Source: an uncultured Pelagibacteraceae bacterium (GTDB lineage Bacteria; Pseudomonadota; Alphaproteobacteria; Pelagibacterales; Pelagibacteraceae). Taken from it: DNA of 64,000 nt. Where the stretch lies: the NCBI GenBank assembly GCA_902574725.1, contig CACGPA010000001.1, forward strand, positions 2,946 to 66,945, given 5' to 3'. The translations under genes and the position numbers were made by a program. This document shows, piece after piece, positions 11,264 to 21,235 of the stretch (position 1 is its first letter; each line of letters opens with the position of its first letter). The notes under the pieces are model-generated. The model was not told the DNA's origin, did not search any database, and saw only the letters and a list, made by a program, of their open reading frames with translations.

Positions 11264-12604
11264 ATGACAAAAGTAGCTATTATTGGAACAGGACCTTGTG
11301 GTCTTTCAATGCTAAGAGCTTTCGAACAAGCCGAAAAAAAAGGTGAAAAAATTCCTGAAATAGTTTGTTTTGAGAAACAGGATGATTGGGGAGGGTTGTG
11401 GAATTATAGTTGGAGAACTGGATCTGATCAATATGGTGACCCTGTTCCTAACAGTATGTATAGATATCTATGGTCCAATGGCCCTAAAGAGTGTTTAGAA
11501 TTTGCCGACTATTCCTTTGATGAACATTTTGGAAAACCCATTCCATCTTTTCCACCAAGAGAAGCTTTATATGACTACATAATTGGTAGAGTTAAAAAAG
11601 GTAAACTAAAAAATAAAGTAAGATTTAACACTAATGTTTCTAGCGTAGTTCATAATGGAAATAATTTTGAAGTTACTTATCATGATAAAAAAAATGATAA
11701 ATTTTTAAAAGATGTTTTTGATTATATTGTTGTTTCTACTGGTCATTTCTCTGTTCCATTTATTCCAGAATATCCAGGAATGAAATCTTTCCCGGGAAGA
11801 ATATTACATTCACATGATTTTAGAGATGCAGAAGAATTCAGAGGTAAAAATGTTATTGTTTTAGGAAGTAGTTATTCAGCTGAAGATGTTGCCCTTCAAT
11901 GTCACAAATACGGAGCTAAAAGTGTAACCATAGGCTATAGACATAACCCAATGGGATTTAAATGGCCTAGCGGAGTAAAAGAAGTTCATTATTTAGACAG
12001 ACTAGATGAAAATAAAGCAATCTTCAAAGATGGTCATAAGCAAGATGCTGATGCAATAATTTTATGTTCTGGTTATCTTCATCATTTCCCTTTTTTAACT
12101 GAAGACTTAAAATTAAAAACTAGAAATAGATTATATCCACCAAAACTATATAAAGGTGTTGTTTGGCAAAATAATCACAGATTATTTTATTTGGGAATGC
12201 AAGATCAGTTTCATACGTTTAATATGTTTGACTGCCAGGCTTGGTATGCAAGAGATGTAATAATGGATAAAATTAAACTTCCAAATAGTTCAGAAATTGA
12301 AAAAGATATAAATAAATGGGTTGCTATGGAAGAAAAATTAGAAAATCCTGATCAGATGATAGATTTTCAAACTGAATATACTAAGGAATTGCACGAGTTA
12401 TCTGATTATCCAAAAATTGATTTTGAATTAATTAGGAAACATTTTAAAGAATGGGAGCATCACAAAGTAGAAGATATTATGACATACAGAAATAAGTCAT
12501 TTTCTTCACCAGTTACTGGATCAGTTGGACCAATACATCATACTCCATGGGCAACAGCAATGGATGACTCTTTAAAAACTTTTTTAGATCAATCAAAAAA
12601 ATAA
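11264..12604 (+). CDS. tmm: Trimethylamine monooxygenase (bacterial flavin-containing monooxygenase)
   Basis: GTGPCG FAD motif, GGLWNY, SMYRYLWSNGPKECLEF, FMO signature FPGRILHSHDF, GSSYSAED. GAGGA RBS precedes ATG 11264; TMAO gene neighbourhood. Confidence 0.92.
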   Translation: MTKVAIIGTGPCGLSMLRAFEQAEKKGEKIPEIVCFEKQDDWGGLWNYSWRTGSDQYGDPVPNSMYRYLWSNGPKECLEFADYSFDEHFGKPIPSFPPREALYDYIIGRVKKGKLKNKVRFNTNVSSVVHNGNNFEVTYHDKKNDKFLKDVFDYIVVSTGHFSVPFIPEYPGMKSFPGRILHSHDFRDAEEFRGKNVIVLGSSYSAEDVALQCHKYGAKSVTIGYRHNPMGFKWPSGVKEVHYLDRLDENKAIFKDGHKQDADAIILCSGYLHHFPFLTEDLKLKTRNRLYPPKLYKGVVWQNNHRLFYLGMQDQFHTFNMFDCQAWYARDVIMDKIKLPNSSEIEKDINKWVAMEEKLENPDQMIDFQTEYTKELHELSDYPKIDFELIRKHFKEWEHHKVEDIMTYRNKSFSSPVTGSVGPIHHTPWATAMDDSLKTFLDQSKK

Positions 12605-12611
12605 ATTTTAT

Positions 12612-13574
12612 TTATAATCTTATATTTAATTTTTTATTTTTTAAGATAGTTTTCAATAAATTGGTCATCAAAGGAATTTTTTTTTTATTTATTTTTTTCA
12701 ATATATATGGTGCTATCTCTCTAGCAAGTTGTTCTCCTTCAACTGTATCTTTGGGCATAAATTTTTTTTTTGCTTTTTTAAATGTAAATCCTTTTCCTAA
12801 ATAACTTCCCATTTTACTATTTCTTCCTCCTGCCGCACTAACATATAAATCACCTACTCCTGCAAGTCCTAGAGTTGTTGTTTCTTTTCCTTTAAAATAT
12901 TTAGTTAAATATTTCATTTCAATTATTGATTTTTGAAATAAACCTGATGACGTATTTAAACTCTGACCCGCTCCTATTATCATTGCATATATATTTTTTA
13001 TTGCAGAACATATTTCTACACCAATAACATCGTTAGAAAATTCTATAACGTAATATTTTGTAGAAATCATCTTGCCTATTTGTTTCGCTATTTTAATATT
13101 TTTATTCGCTAGAATTACACTTGTTTGATTTTTTCTTGCTAATTCCTTGGCCAAACAAGGGCCTTTTAAAACTGAAATATTCATTCCATTATAATTCTTT
13201 TTTAATTGTTCTGAGATCGTTAGAATTTTATTATATTTTTTTTCGTATTTTAATCCTTTAGTAAGTACTAATATTGGATTTTTTAATTTTAACTTTTTTA
13301 TTTCTTTACTAATAAAATTAATACCTGAAAGGCTTAAAGCAATTACAATTAAATCAAATTTTTCTTTCAATAAATCAGTGGAAAATTTTCTAAATTTTAA
13401 ACCTTTTGGAAGGTTTATTTTTAAACTTGAATGAAATTTTTTTTTTGAAGATAAGTCTTTAATAAAAATTTTACTATAAGGTTCTGTAATAGTAACTTTA
13501 TTTTTATTTTCTAAGCAAGGAATTGTAAATGCTGAACCCATTGCTCCACCGCCAATGACTAATATTTTTTTCAT
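12612..13574 (-). CDS. gpsA: NAD(P)H-dependent glycerol-3-phosphate dehydrogenase family protein (divergent)
   Basis: GGGAMG Rossmann motif, TKGL, GPCLAKE, DVIGVEICSAIKN, GLAGVGDL..GGRN. Likely start MKKILVIGG at 13574. Confidence 0.8.
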   Translation of the reverse strand: MKKILVIGGGAMGSAFTIPCLENKNKVTITEPYSKIFIKDLSSKKKFHSSLKINLPKGLKFRKFSTDLLKEKFDLIVIALSLSGINFISKEIKKLKLKNPILVLTKGLKYEKKYNKILTISEQLKKNYNGMNISVLKGPCLAKELARKNQTSVILANKNIKIAKQIGKMISTKYYVIEFSNDVIGVEICSAIKNIYAMIIGAGQSLNTSSGLFQKSIIEMKYLTKYFKGKETTTLGLAGVGDLYVSAAGGRNSKMGSYLGKGFTFKKAKKKFMPKDTVEGEQLAREIAPYILKKINKKKIPLMTNLLKTILKNKKLNIRL

Positions 13575-13576
13575 TT

Positions 13577-15730
13577 TTAATCTATGCCAAGATGTTTTTT
13601 TCTTTTTTCTACCCAAGTTCGAATTAAATTATCAAATATCAAACCTATAAAAGCAACACAAATACCAAGTACTAATCCTTTTCCCCCACCTGCTTTATCA
13701 GATAAAGCTTTTAGAATATATTGCCCTAAATCTTCTGTTCCAATAAATGCTCCTATAATTACCATAAACAAAGCAAATACGATTGTTTGATTTAAACCAA
13801 GCATCATGTGAGGAAATGCTAAAGGAAATTCTATTTTGAATAATCTTTGTAATTTAGTTACACCTGACATTGTAGCTGCATCATGCAAACCAGCTGGAAC
13901 ACTTCTTAATCCTTCAATAGTATACCTTGTGGCAGGTATAGTTGCATAAATAATAACTGCAATTAATACTGATGTATCTGTAATTCCAAAAAGCATCATT
14001 ACCGGAATTAAGTATACAAACGAAGGAAACGTTTGAAAAATATCACAAACTGCCAACATAAAATTTGTGGTATATTTGTTTTGTTGGCATAAAGTTCCAA
14101 CAACAAATCCGATTGTAGAAGATATAATAACCCCAAAAGTTGCCATGTAAGTTGTAACTAAAGCTCTATCCCACCACGGGCTTAGAGCTATAAATAATGC
14201 TAACGCGCCCACTGTAAAAGCTGAACGAATTCCACCAATAATATACCCTGCTCCAACAACTAATACTAAAGTAGCAACTGCTGGCATTCTTAGGTATAAA
14301 GCTCTCATTGGTTGAAGAACTTCTACTATTAACCAAGTGTTAAATATTTTTAAAGTTTGAAAAAAAGTATCCCAAATCCAATCAACACCTTTATTCCAAA
14401 AATCTGCAGTCGATATTCCTTTATTGTGAGGTACCTCATATAAATAATTATAACCATCTTTAAGATAAAAAGAACCAATGTAAGCAAGTACCGCTCCAAT
14501 CAATACTGCGCCAGCAAAAAACAATGTATTTTTATAACGTTGAAAAAACGTCAGATTACCAAAATAGTCTTCTTGTTTATTTGCCCAAGCTAAGGACATT
14601 TTATCTAGCAGGATTGCAATCAAGCTAATACATAAACCAGCTTCTAATGCTAATCCAATATTCAATTGGTTTAAGGCTAACAATAAATTCCATCCTAATC
14701 CTTTAGCACCAATAAAAGCTGCAATAACTGCCATAGAAAAACACACCATAATGACCTGGTTTACTCCAATTAAAATATCTCTTCTAGCAGTTGGAATTAA
14801 TACTTTGGTCATGAGTTGCCAATTATTACATCCACTCATTTTCCCAGCCTCAATAACTTCGGGAGGAACAGCTCTAAGACCTAATAAAGTTAATAAGATC
14901 ATTGGAGGGATAGCAACAACCATTGTTATAATAACTGCAGCGTGATCTCCAATTCCAAAGAGAACCATTGCAGGAACTAGAACTGCATACTGTGGCATAG
15001 TCTGCATTACTAAAAGAATTGGATATAATGCTTTCTCAACACGTTTGCTCTTGAACGCCATAATACCTAAAGTCAAACCAAAAATAAAAGAAAGTGGCGC
15101 TGCCACTAATATAAAAGATAAGGTTTGCATTGAAGGTTTCCATTGACCAAATACGGAAATGTAAATCATTACTAAGCCAGCAAATATAGCTAAGCCCTTG
15201 CCACTCAGTTTGTAACCTAATATCGCAGCACTTGCTGCAACAATTGTCCAAGGTAAACCTGGCAGTTCTGCCCAAGGATTTTTATCTATCCAGTCCCAAC
15301 TGGTAAATGCCACAACTGTCTCAACACCTCCTAATAAAATTTCTCTAATTAATTCAATTAGAAATGTCATAGATGCAGTTATATTTCTTGTTATTTGTAG
15401 TACTAATGGTCGAGTTTTAAATTCTTGAGTGTCTTCATTCCAAAATTCCATTGGCATCCACTCATTTAATAAGAAAAATAAAGCGTCATTTATCCAAATT
15501 GGCAACCATCCAAGTAAAGGAGGTAATCTCCAAAGTGTGTCAAATGCGTAATACCTTACTTCTTTGCCGAATAACGTGTAAGTACTTTGATTTGGATCTT
15601 TAATGAATTCAGCCTGACCTCTTATAAATTTGTAGGTTTCAGGAACATCAATTGCAAAACATAAAGCAAAAAAAACAATTAATAAAAACAACCATTGAAA
15701 TAATTTTGGATATTTTTTTAATAATTCCAT
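13577..15730 (-). CDS. tmoV: TMAO/quaternary-amine ABC transporter, fused double permease
   Basis: Two ProW-like halves with EAA loops (EVIEAGKMSGC, LHDAATMSGV), MQTMPQY and FQTFPSFVYL motifs. Confidence 0.85.
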   Translation of the reverse strand: MELLKKYPKLFQWLFLLIVFFALCFAIDVPETYKFIRGQAEFIKDPNQSTYTLFGKEVRYYAFDTLWRLPPLLGWLPIWINDALFFLLNEWMPMEFWNEDTQEFKTRPLVLQITRNITASMTFLIELIREILLGGVETVVAFTSWDWIDKNPWAELPGLPWTIVAASAAILGYKLSGKGLAIFAGLVMIYISVFGQWKPSMQTLSFILVAAPLSFIFGLTLGIMAFKSKRVEKALYPILLVMQTMPQYAVLVPAMVLFGIGDHAAVIITMVVAIPPMILLTLLGLRAVPPEVIEAGKMSGCNNWQLMTKVLIPTARRDILIGVNQVIMVCFSMAVIAAFIGAKGLGWNLLLALNQLNIGLALEAGLCISLIAILLDKMSLAWANKQEDYFGNLTFFQRYKNTLFFAGAVLIGAVLAYIGSFYLKDGYNYLYEVPHNKGISTADFWNKGVDWIWDTFFQTLKIFNTWLIVEVLQPMRALYLRMPAVATLVLVVGAGYIIGGIRSAFTVGALALFIALSPWWDRALVTTYMATFGVIISSTIGFVVGTLCQQNKYTTNFMLAVCDIFQTFPSFVYLIPVMMLFGITDTSVLIAVIIYATIPATRYTIEGLRSVPAGLHDAATMSGVTKLQRLFKIEFPLAFPHMMLGLNQTIVFALFMVIIGAFIGTEDLGQYILKALSDKAGGGKGLVLGICVAFIGLIFDNLIRTWVEKRKKHLGID

Positions 15731-15733
15731 ATT

Positions 15734-16765
15734 TTAATCGTTATTCTTTCTTCCTCCAAAAACAGTATGAATTATTTTTGAAGGTTGAACAGTTCCAACA
15801 ATTTTATTATTTTCATCTGTTACACCTACTGATTTTTCTTGAGTTAAAATCTTTTCAGCTACATTTTCAATTATTTCATTTTTTGAAACTTTTAAATCGC
15901 TCAAATTCTCGGTAGTTGGTGCATCCATTATATCTTCTATTATTAAAACTTTTTCTCTTGGAACTTCTTCAGTAAATTTTTTTACATATTCTGTTGCTGG
16001 ATTTAATACAATATTAGCTGGAGTATCTAGTTGTTCAATTATTCCATCTTTCATAATAGCTATACGATCAGCAAGTTTTAAAGCTTCATCAAAATCATGT
16101 GTAATAAACATAATTGTTTTTTGCAATTTTGCTTGAAGTCTTAAAAATTCGTCCTGCATTTCTTTTCTAATTAATGGATCTAATGCAGAAAAAGGTTCGT
16201 CTAAAAACCAAATATCAGGTTCAACAGCTAATGATCTAGCAATACCTACTCTTTGTTGTTGTCCGCCTGAAAGTTCTCGAGGAAAATAATTTTCTCTTCC
16301 ATCAAGACCAACTAGTTTAACCATATCCATTGCCTTATTGATACTATCTTGAGTTTTAACTCCCTTAATTTGAAGTGGGAAAGCAATATTTTCCAAAACT
16401 GTTTTATGAGGAAGTAGGGCAAAACTTTGAAAAACCATCCCCATTTTATTTCTTCTTAGTTCAATTAATTCTTTATTTTTTAATGAGAGTAAATCTTGTC
16501 CTTCTATGTAAATTTTTCCATCAGTTGCGTCAGTTAATCTAGAAATGCATCTTAGTAATGTAGATTTTCCTGATCCTGATAATCCCATTACAACTAGCAT
16601 TTCTCCTTTTGAAACTTCAAAAGAAGCATTATTCACACCTACTATACATCCATTTTCTTGAAATTTTTTTGCGTCTACATTTCCATTTGCTTCCTGAAGC
16701 ATTTTTTTAGCATTTGCCCCAAAAATTTTATAAACAGACTCACATTTTATTATCGCATCAGTCAT
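15734..16765 (-). CDS. tmoW: TMAO/glycine-betaine-type ABC transporter ATP-binding subunit
   Basis: MGLSGSGKST, LSGGQQQRVG, DEPFSALDPLIR (ProV/OpuAA type) and a CBS-like tail. Confidence 0.88.
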   Translation of the reverse strand: MTDAIIKCESVYKIFGANAKKMLQEANGNVDAKKFQENGCIVGVNNASFEVSKGEMLVVMGLSGSGKSTLLRCISRLTDATDGKIYIEGQDLLSLKNKELIELRRNKMGMVFQSFALLPHKTVLENIAFPLQIKGVKTQDSINKAMDMVKLVGLDGRENYFPRELSGGQQQRVGIARSLAVEPDIWFLDEPFSALDPLIRKEMQDEFLRLQAKLQKTIMFITHDFDEALKLADRIAIMKDGIIEQLDTPANIVLNPATEYVKKFTEEVPREKVLIIEDIMDAPTTENLSDLKVSKNEIIENVAEKILTQEKSVGVTDENNKIVGTVQPSKIIHTVFGGRKNND

Positions 16766-16830
16766 AATCTTTTAATAAGTTATACGAAATTTAATATAAA
16801 TAATATCTATATAATTGTTGTTTTTCCTCC

Positions 16831-17382
16831 CTAAAAATTTTTAATAAAATAAACTCTGGTATCAATGCCGGTACTTAAAAAACTTAAAACTTCTCCAGTA
16901 ACTGCTGCCTTTTTATTTACACCAACATTATTTCCACTTACAGTGTAACCAGCAAAACATTTTTTTTTCTCTTTGTCCCATTTAACAAATGTTTCATCAA
17001 TTTTATTACCATTAATATTATATAATTCATAAGCTTCATAATTTAAAAAATGAGCAGCCATAATAGCACGTTGAGGAATAAGTTTTGTTGCATTGCAAAC
17101 TGCCTCGTATAGTTCTTCGGTTAATTTATAATTATCAGTACCATCAAAGGTTACTAGAATACCTGATGGAAGTTTTGAAATCAGTTCATTCAATTTTTTT
17201 TCTTGTGCAATTCTTTCCTCTTCTAGTTTCATTTTTCTAATTAATTCATCACCCCCGCCCCAAAAAATATTTAAAATAGCAAAGGATAAAATTACAATAA
17301 TTGTTAGAGTAACAAGACCACCAAACTGTCTAACTGGCTCAGGTAATTCTCTTAATTTATTTAAATATGTATATTGTGGCAT
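16831..17382 (-). CDS. Hypothetical membrane-anchored protein
   Basis: Likely start MPQYTYL at 17382, 8 nt after the MORN gene stop; one TM helix (LVTLTIIVILSFAILNIFW) followed by a coiled coil. Confidence 0.65.
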   Translation of the reverse strand: MPQYTYLNKLRELPEPVRQFGGLVTLTIIVILSFAILNIFWGGGDELIRKMKLEEERIAQEKKLNELISKLPSGILVTFDGTDNYKLTEELYEAVCNATKLIPQRAIMAAHFLNYEAYELYNINGNKIDETFVKWDKEKKKCFAGYTVSGNNVGVNKKAAVTGEVLSFLSTGIDTRVYFIKNF

Positions 17383-17390
17383 TATTTTAA

Positions 17391-17765
17391 TTATTCTTGT
17401 AGTTTTCCGTTTTTCCAAGTTCCTATTTTTTCTTTTCCATCTGACCAAGTAAACTTTCCTTTTCCATTCATAAAACCGTTGGCCCACTCACCTTCATAAG
17501 TTGCGCCGTTTGGAAAAGTTAAAATTCCTTTACCGCTCCACTCACTGTTTTTAAATTCACCTTTATAAATATATCCATTAGGCCAAATTTCAGTTCCTTG
17601 ACCATGTTTTTTTGTACCTACCCAATTCCCTTCGTAAGTAGTTTTGTCTGTATAGGTCCACTTACCAAAACCATTTTCACAATCTCCTTCACAACCTGTT
17701 TTTCGAGCTGATACTGAAGTTGTTATTAAAAGACTTAAAATTATATAAAAGATATATTTTTTCAT
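17391..17765 (-). CDS. Exported MORN-repeat protein
   Basis: Signal peptide, CEGDCENG, then repeats YEGNWVGTKKHGQG / YKGEFKNSEWSGKG / YEGEWANGFMNGKG. Confidence 0.85.
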   Translation of the reverse strand: MKKYIFYIILSLLITTSVSARKTGCEGDCENGFGKWTYTDKTTYEGNWVGTKKHGQGTEIWPNGYIYKGEFKNSEWSGKGILTFPNGATYEGEWANGFMNGKGKFTWSDGKEKIGTWKNGKLQE

Positions 17766-17790
17766 TTTTATATTTTACACAAAATTAAAT

Positions 17791-17828
17791 AAAAAAAAAT
17801 CCCCCCCAACTTTGTTGGGGGAGATTTT
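17791..17828 (-). terminator. Rho-independent terminator/stabilising hairpin after tmoX
   Basis: Minus strand AAAATCTCCCCCAAC-AAA-GTTGGGGGGGATTTTTTTTT: GC-rich stem plus U-tract just downstream of the tmoX stop. Confidence 0.85.
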
Positions 17829-17847
17829 AATTTATTAACTTTTACCC

Positions 17848-18786
17848 TTACTTAGTAAAAGCTTGCCAAACGCTCTTATTATCAGCTAACCATTTTTTAG
17901 CTGCATCTTCGTGAGTCATTTTGTCAACATCAACTAAAGCTGCCATTGCACCAATTTGACCTGTAGAAAATGAAAGCTTCTTAAACATAGCCGCTGCTTT
18001 TGGATGAGTTTTTGGAAAGTCTGCATTAACAGCTTTTTTCAAATAACCATCTGGTGAACCACATTTTCCATCTCCACCATCTTCTGGTCTACAACCAGCA
18101 GTGTAAGGAGGGAAGTCTATAAATGTAAAACCAGCACCATCTGTAAAGTTTGGTGTCCAGTTAAAAATGATAGTTCCTCTGTCTTCTTTTTTAGCAGCTG
18201 CTAATTCTGCCCAAAGTGCATCTGCACTTCCAGCAAATTTAACTGTCCAAAGATCTCCTAATCCTAAAGCATCAATTCTTTGAGGTATTAAGTCTCCGTG
18301 CCAAGTTTGCGGTCCTTCTAACATTCGACCTTTTCCACCTGAGTCAGGTGTTACAAAGTTTTTAGCACAATCTTTATTTTTTAAAGCAGTCCAATCTGGT
18401 AGACCAGGACATTTTGCAGCAACCCAATTTGGATATCCCATATCCTCAAGAGTTCTTGCTTCATGATCTCCCCAGTCTAGTAAACCACCTTTATCAAGAG
18501 CTGTAGTAAATGATTTACCAAAAGCAGATTCCCAAACTTCGTGTGATATAGTTACATCGCCAATACGAATTGATTCATATACAGCTTGAGAGTCAGCCGG
18601 TACATATTTTACATTGTTTCCCATACTTTCAAAAATTCCGCCGATCACGTAAGCCATTACAACTTGACTTGACCAATTGTGTGTTGGGATAACAATAGGT
18701 TTCTTACTATCCGCTGAATTAGCTATTCCAGCAAACGAAACTACTGAAATAATCATAGCAGATAAAAGAGATATTATTTTTCTCAT
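17848..18786 (-). CDS. tmoX: TMAO-binding periplasmic protein (OpuAC/ProX fold)
   Basis: Signal peptide; HNWSSQ, HEVWES, CPGLPDW.AL, FNWTPNF motifs typical of the TmoX clade; divergent from tdm. Confidence 0.85.
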   Translation of the reverse strand: MRKIISLLSAMIISVVSFAGIANSADSKKPIVIPTHNWSSQVVMAYVIGGIFESMGNNVKYVPADSQAVYESIRIGDVTISHEVWESAFGKSFTTALDKGGLLDWGDHEARTLEDMGYPNWVAAKCPGLPDWTALKNKDCAKNFVTPDSGGKGRMLEGPQTWHGDLIPQRIDALGLGDLWTVKFAGSADALWAELAAAKKEDRGTIIFNWTPNFTDGAGFTFIDFPPYTAGCRPEDGGDGKCGSPDGYLKKAVNADFPKTHPKAAAMFKKLSFSTGQIGAMAALVDVDKMTHEDAAKKWLADNKSVWQAFTK

Positions 18787-18819
18787 ATTTTTCCCCTTTC
18801 CTAATATATTAAGTTTCTA

Positions 18820-18848
18820 AGTATGTGCTTAAGTAAAATTATAGTCAA
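18820..18848 (-). promoter_or_regulatory. Putative sigma70 promoter of tmoX
   Basis: Minus strand TTGACT-17nt-CATACT upstream of the AAAGGGGA RBS. Confidence 0.55.
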
Positions 18849-18907
18849 CTAGAACATATTTATATAATATATTATTTAGAAAATAGTGTCGTTCAAAATG
18901 AGGAAAC

Positions 18908-21235
18908 ATGAGTGAAAGCAGTTATAATGTAAGAGAACCAGGTTTAAATATTTTGCCACCTGGGGTTGAAAGATATGTTGTTACTGGTGGCGGTATTAAT
19001 GTTCTTCAAATTTTTCCAGAAGATAAATTAGAGATCATAAATGATGAAGGTAAACAAACTTGCGAAATTATTGTTTTTAACTCAAAAGGAAAAAGCGACT
19101 TATCAATTTTTAATTTAAAAGAAAATTCAAATGGAGATTATTTAAAAAAAAATATTAATCAAGATCAAAAAATTTTGAATTTATTTAAAAAAAAAAATCT
19201 TGAATTAAATAAATCTAAATCTTCAATTATATTTAATGAAGATTGTCCTATGGGTGAAAAAATAATCATAAAATCAAAAGATGAATGTATCGTTATGGTT
19301 GCTTCCCCAGGAGTTAAAATGAACGTTCATAATCAAAACCCACCAACAAGTTTAACTATTTTCTTACATAGAGCTAAATTTGAAATAAAAAAAGAACAAT
19401 ATGTTTTGCCTGAACCTCTTTATGATCCTAATTCAGAAAAATTTATTAAAAGAATGACTGCTGAAACTTACGATGTAAAAGAAGGAGAGTATATACAAAT
19501 TATTGATACAAGTGGAAGACAGTGTTCAGATTTTTTAGCCTTTGATAAAAAAAAACTTGATAAAGGAATAGAAAACATAATTGATCCTACTGCAACGAGA
19601 ACATTTATGGGGGCTGCTTACCCTATGCCGGGTTTATTTTCTAAATTCTTTGATGCAAACCACGATCCTGTAATTGAAGTAGTAAGAGATACAGTTGGAA
19701 GACATGATACTTTTAATTATGCATGTACTGCAAAATATTATGAAGATATGGGGTACTTTGGTCATATCAATTGTTCTACAAACTTTAATGGTGTCTTAAA
19801 AAAATATGACGTAAAACCAAGAAAAGGCTGGATAGCAATTAATCTTTTTTTTAATACAGCAATTGATGCAAACAATGTTGCTTCTTTTGATGAGCCTTGG
19901 TCTAGGCCTGGAGATTATGTGCTATTTAGAGCTTTAAAAGATTTAACATGCGCTTCTTCAGCATGTCCTTGCGATGTTGATCCAGCAAATGGATGGAATC
20001 CAACGGATATTTTTGTTAGAACTTATTCTAAAGATAAAAAAATTTCTAAAGGAGTGGCATTTAGAGTGAATACAAGTTCGGAACCAAAAATTACTCAAGA
20101 AACTGGCTTTCATGCAAAGACTTCTAAGTTAACTAAAAATTTTATTAACTATAATGGATATTGGCTAGCAAATAATTATACAAAGTATGGCGCAGTTAAA
20201 GAGTATACCGCATGTAGAGAAAGCGCGATTGTTACAGATTTATCTCCACTTAGAAAATTTGAAATTTTGGGCCCAGATGCCGAAAATTTAATGCAGTACA
20301 CACTTACACGTAATGTAAAAAAATTATCTGTGGGTCAAGTTGTTTATTCTGCGATGTGTTATGAAAATGGCTGCATGATTGACGATGGTACGTTAATGAA
20401 ATTTGGACAAGATAACTTTAGATGGATTGGTGGACAGGAATATGGTGGTGAATGGCTTAAAGAACAAGCGAAAAAGAAAAATTTTAAAGTTTGGGTAAAA
20501 TCATCTACCGATCAAATTCATAATATTGCTGTTCAAGGACCAAATAGTAGAAAAATTTTAGAAAAATTTGTTTGGACACCTGACACTCAACCATCAATTA
20601 AAGATTTACAATGGTTTAGATTAACAATTGCTAGAATTGATAGTGTTACTGGTACTCCAATTATGGTGTCAAGAACCGGATATACAGGAGAATTAGGTTT
20701 CGAAATTTGGTGTCATCCAAAAGATGCTTCGATTGTTTGGGATAAAGTTTGGGAATCTGGTAAAGAATTTAATATTTCACCACTTGGTTTAGAGGCTTTA
20801 GATATGGTTCGTACAGAAGCAGGACTAATATTTTATGGTTATGAATTCGATGACAAAACAGATCCTTTTGAGGCAGGAATAGGATTTACAGTACCTCTTA
20901 AAACCAAAGAAGATAACTTTATTGGTAAAGAAGAATTAATAAAAAGAAAGAACAGTCCTCAAAAGAAATTAGTTGGACTTGAGCTAGCTGGTCATGAGCC
21001 AGCAGCAAATGGTAATACGGTTCATATTGGTAGAGGTCAAGTTGGCATAATAACTAGTGCGATGTTGTCTAAAATCTTAAACAAAAATATTGCTCTTTGT
21101 AGAATAGATGCTAAATATTCAGAAATGGGAACAAATGTAGAAATTGGAAAAATTGATGGACATCAAAAAAGAATTCCTGCAAAAATTGTTCCATTCCCAT
21201 TTTATGACCCAGAAAAGAAAAAGGTAAGATCGTAA
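18908..21235 (+). CDS. tdm: Trimethylamine N-oxide demethylase (DUF1989 + GcvT-like THF domain)
   Basis: N-terminal DUF1989 (GRQCSDF, GRHDTFNYAC, HINCSTN, SSACPCD Cys ligands) fused to an aminomethyltransferase domain (DLSPLRKFE, SRTGYTGELGFE); adjacent to tmoX. Confidence 0.9.
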   Translation: MSESSYNVREPGLNILPPGVERYVVTGGGINVLQIFPEDKLEIINDEGKQTCEIIVFNSKGKSDLSIFNLKENSNGDYLKKNINQDQKILNLFKKKNLELNKSKSSIIFNEDCPMGEKIIIKSKDECIVMVASPGVKMNVHNQNPPTSLTIFLHRAKFEIKKEQYVLPEPLYDPNSEKFIKRMTAETYDVKEGEYIQIIDTSGRQCSDFLAFDKKKLDKGIENIIDPTATRTFMGAAYPMPGLFSKFFDANHDPVIEVVRDTVGRHDTFNYACTAKYYEDMGYFGHINCSTNFNGVLKKYDVKPRKGWIAINLFFNTAIDANNVASFDEPWSRPGDYVLFRALKDLTCASSACPCDVDPANGWNPTDIFVRTYSKDKKISKGVAFRVNTSSEPKITQETGFHAKTSKLTKNFINYNGYWLANNYTKYGAVKEYTACRESAIVTDLSPLRKFEILGPDAENLMQYTLTRNVKKLSVGQVVYSAMCYENGCMIDDGTLMKFGQDNFRWIGGQEYGGEWLKEQAKKKNFKVWVKSSTDQIHNIAVQGPNSRKILEKFVWTPDTQPSIKDLQWFRLTIARIDSVTGTPIMVSRTGYTGELGFEIWCHPKDASIVWDKVWESGKEFNISPLGLEALDMVRTEAGLIFYGYEFDDKTDPFEAGIGFTVPLKTKEDNFIGKEELIKRKNSPQKKLVGLELAGHEPAANGNTVHIGRGQVGIITSAMLSKILNKNIALCRIDAKYSEMGTNVEIGKIDGHQKRIPAKIVPFPFYDPEKKKVRS

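Noticed and set aside
17383-17487. N-terminal extension of the 218-aa ORF overlapping the MORN gene
   Set aside because: Out-of-frame overlap with the MORN coding sequence; the downstream ATG at 17382 is a cleaner start.
18908-21235. Calling this gene gcvT (glycine cleavage T protein)
   Set aside because: It is about twice GcvT length, has an N-terminal DUF1989 Cys-ligand domain, and has no gcvH/gcvP or glycine riboswitch nearby; it fits Tdm.
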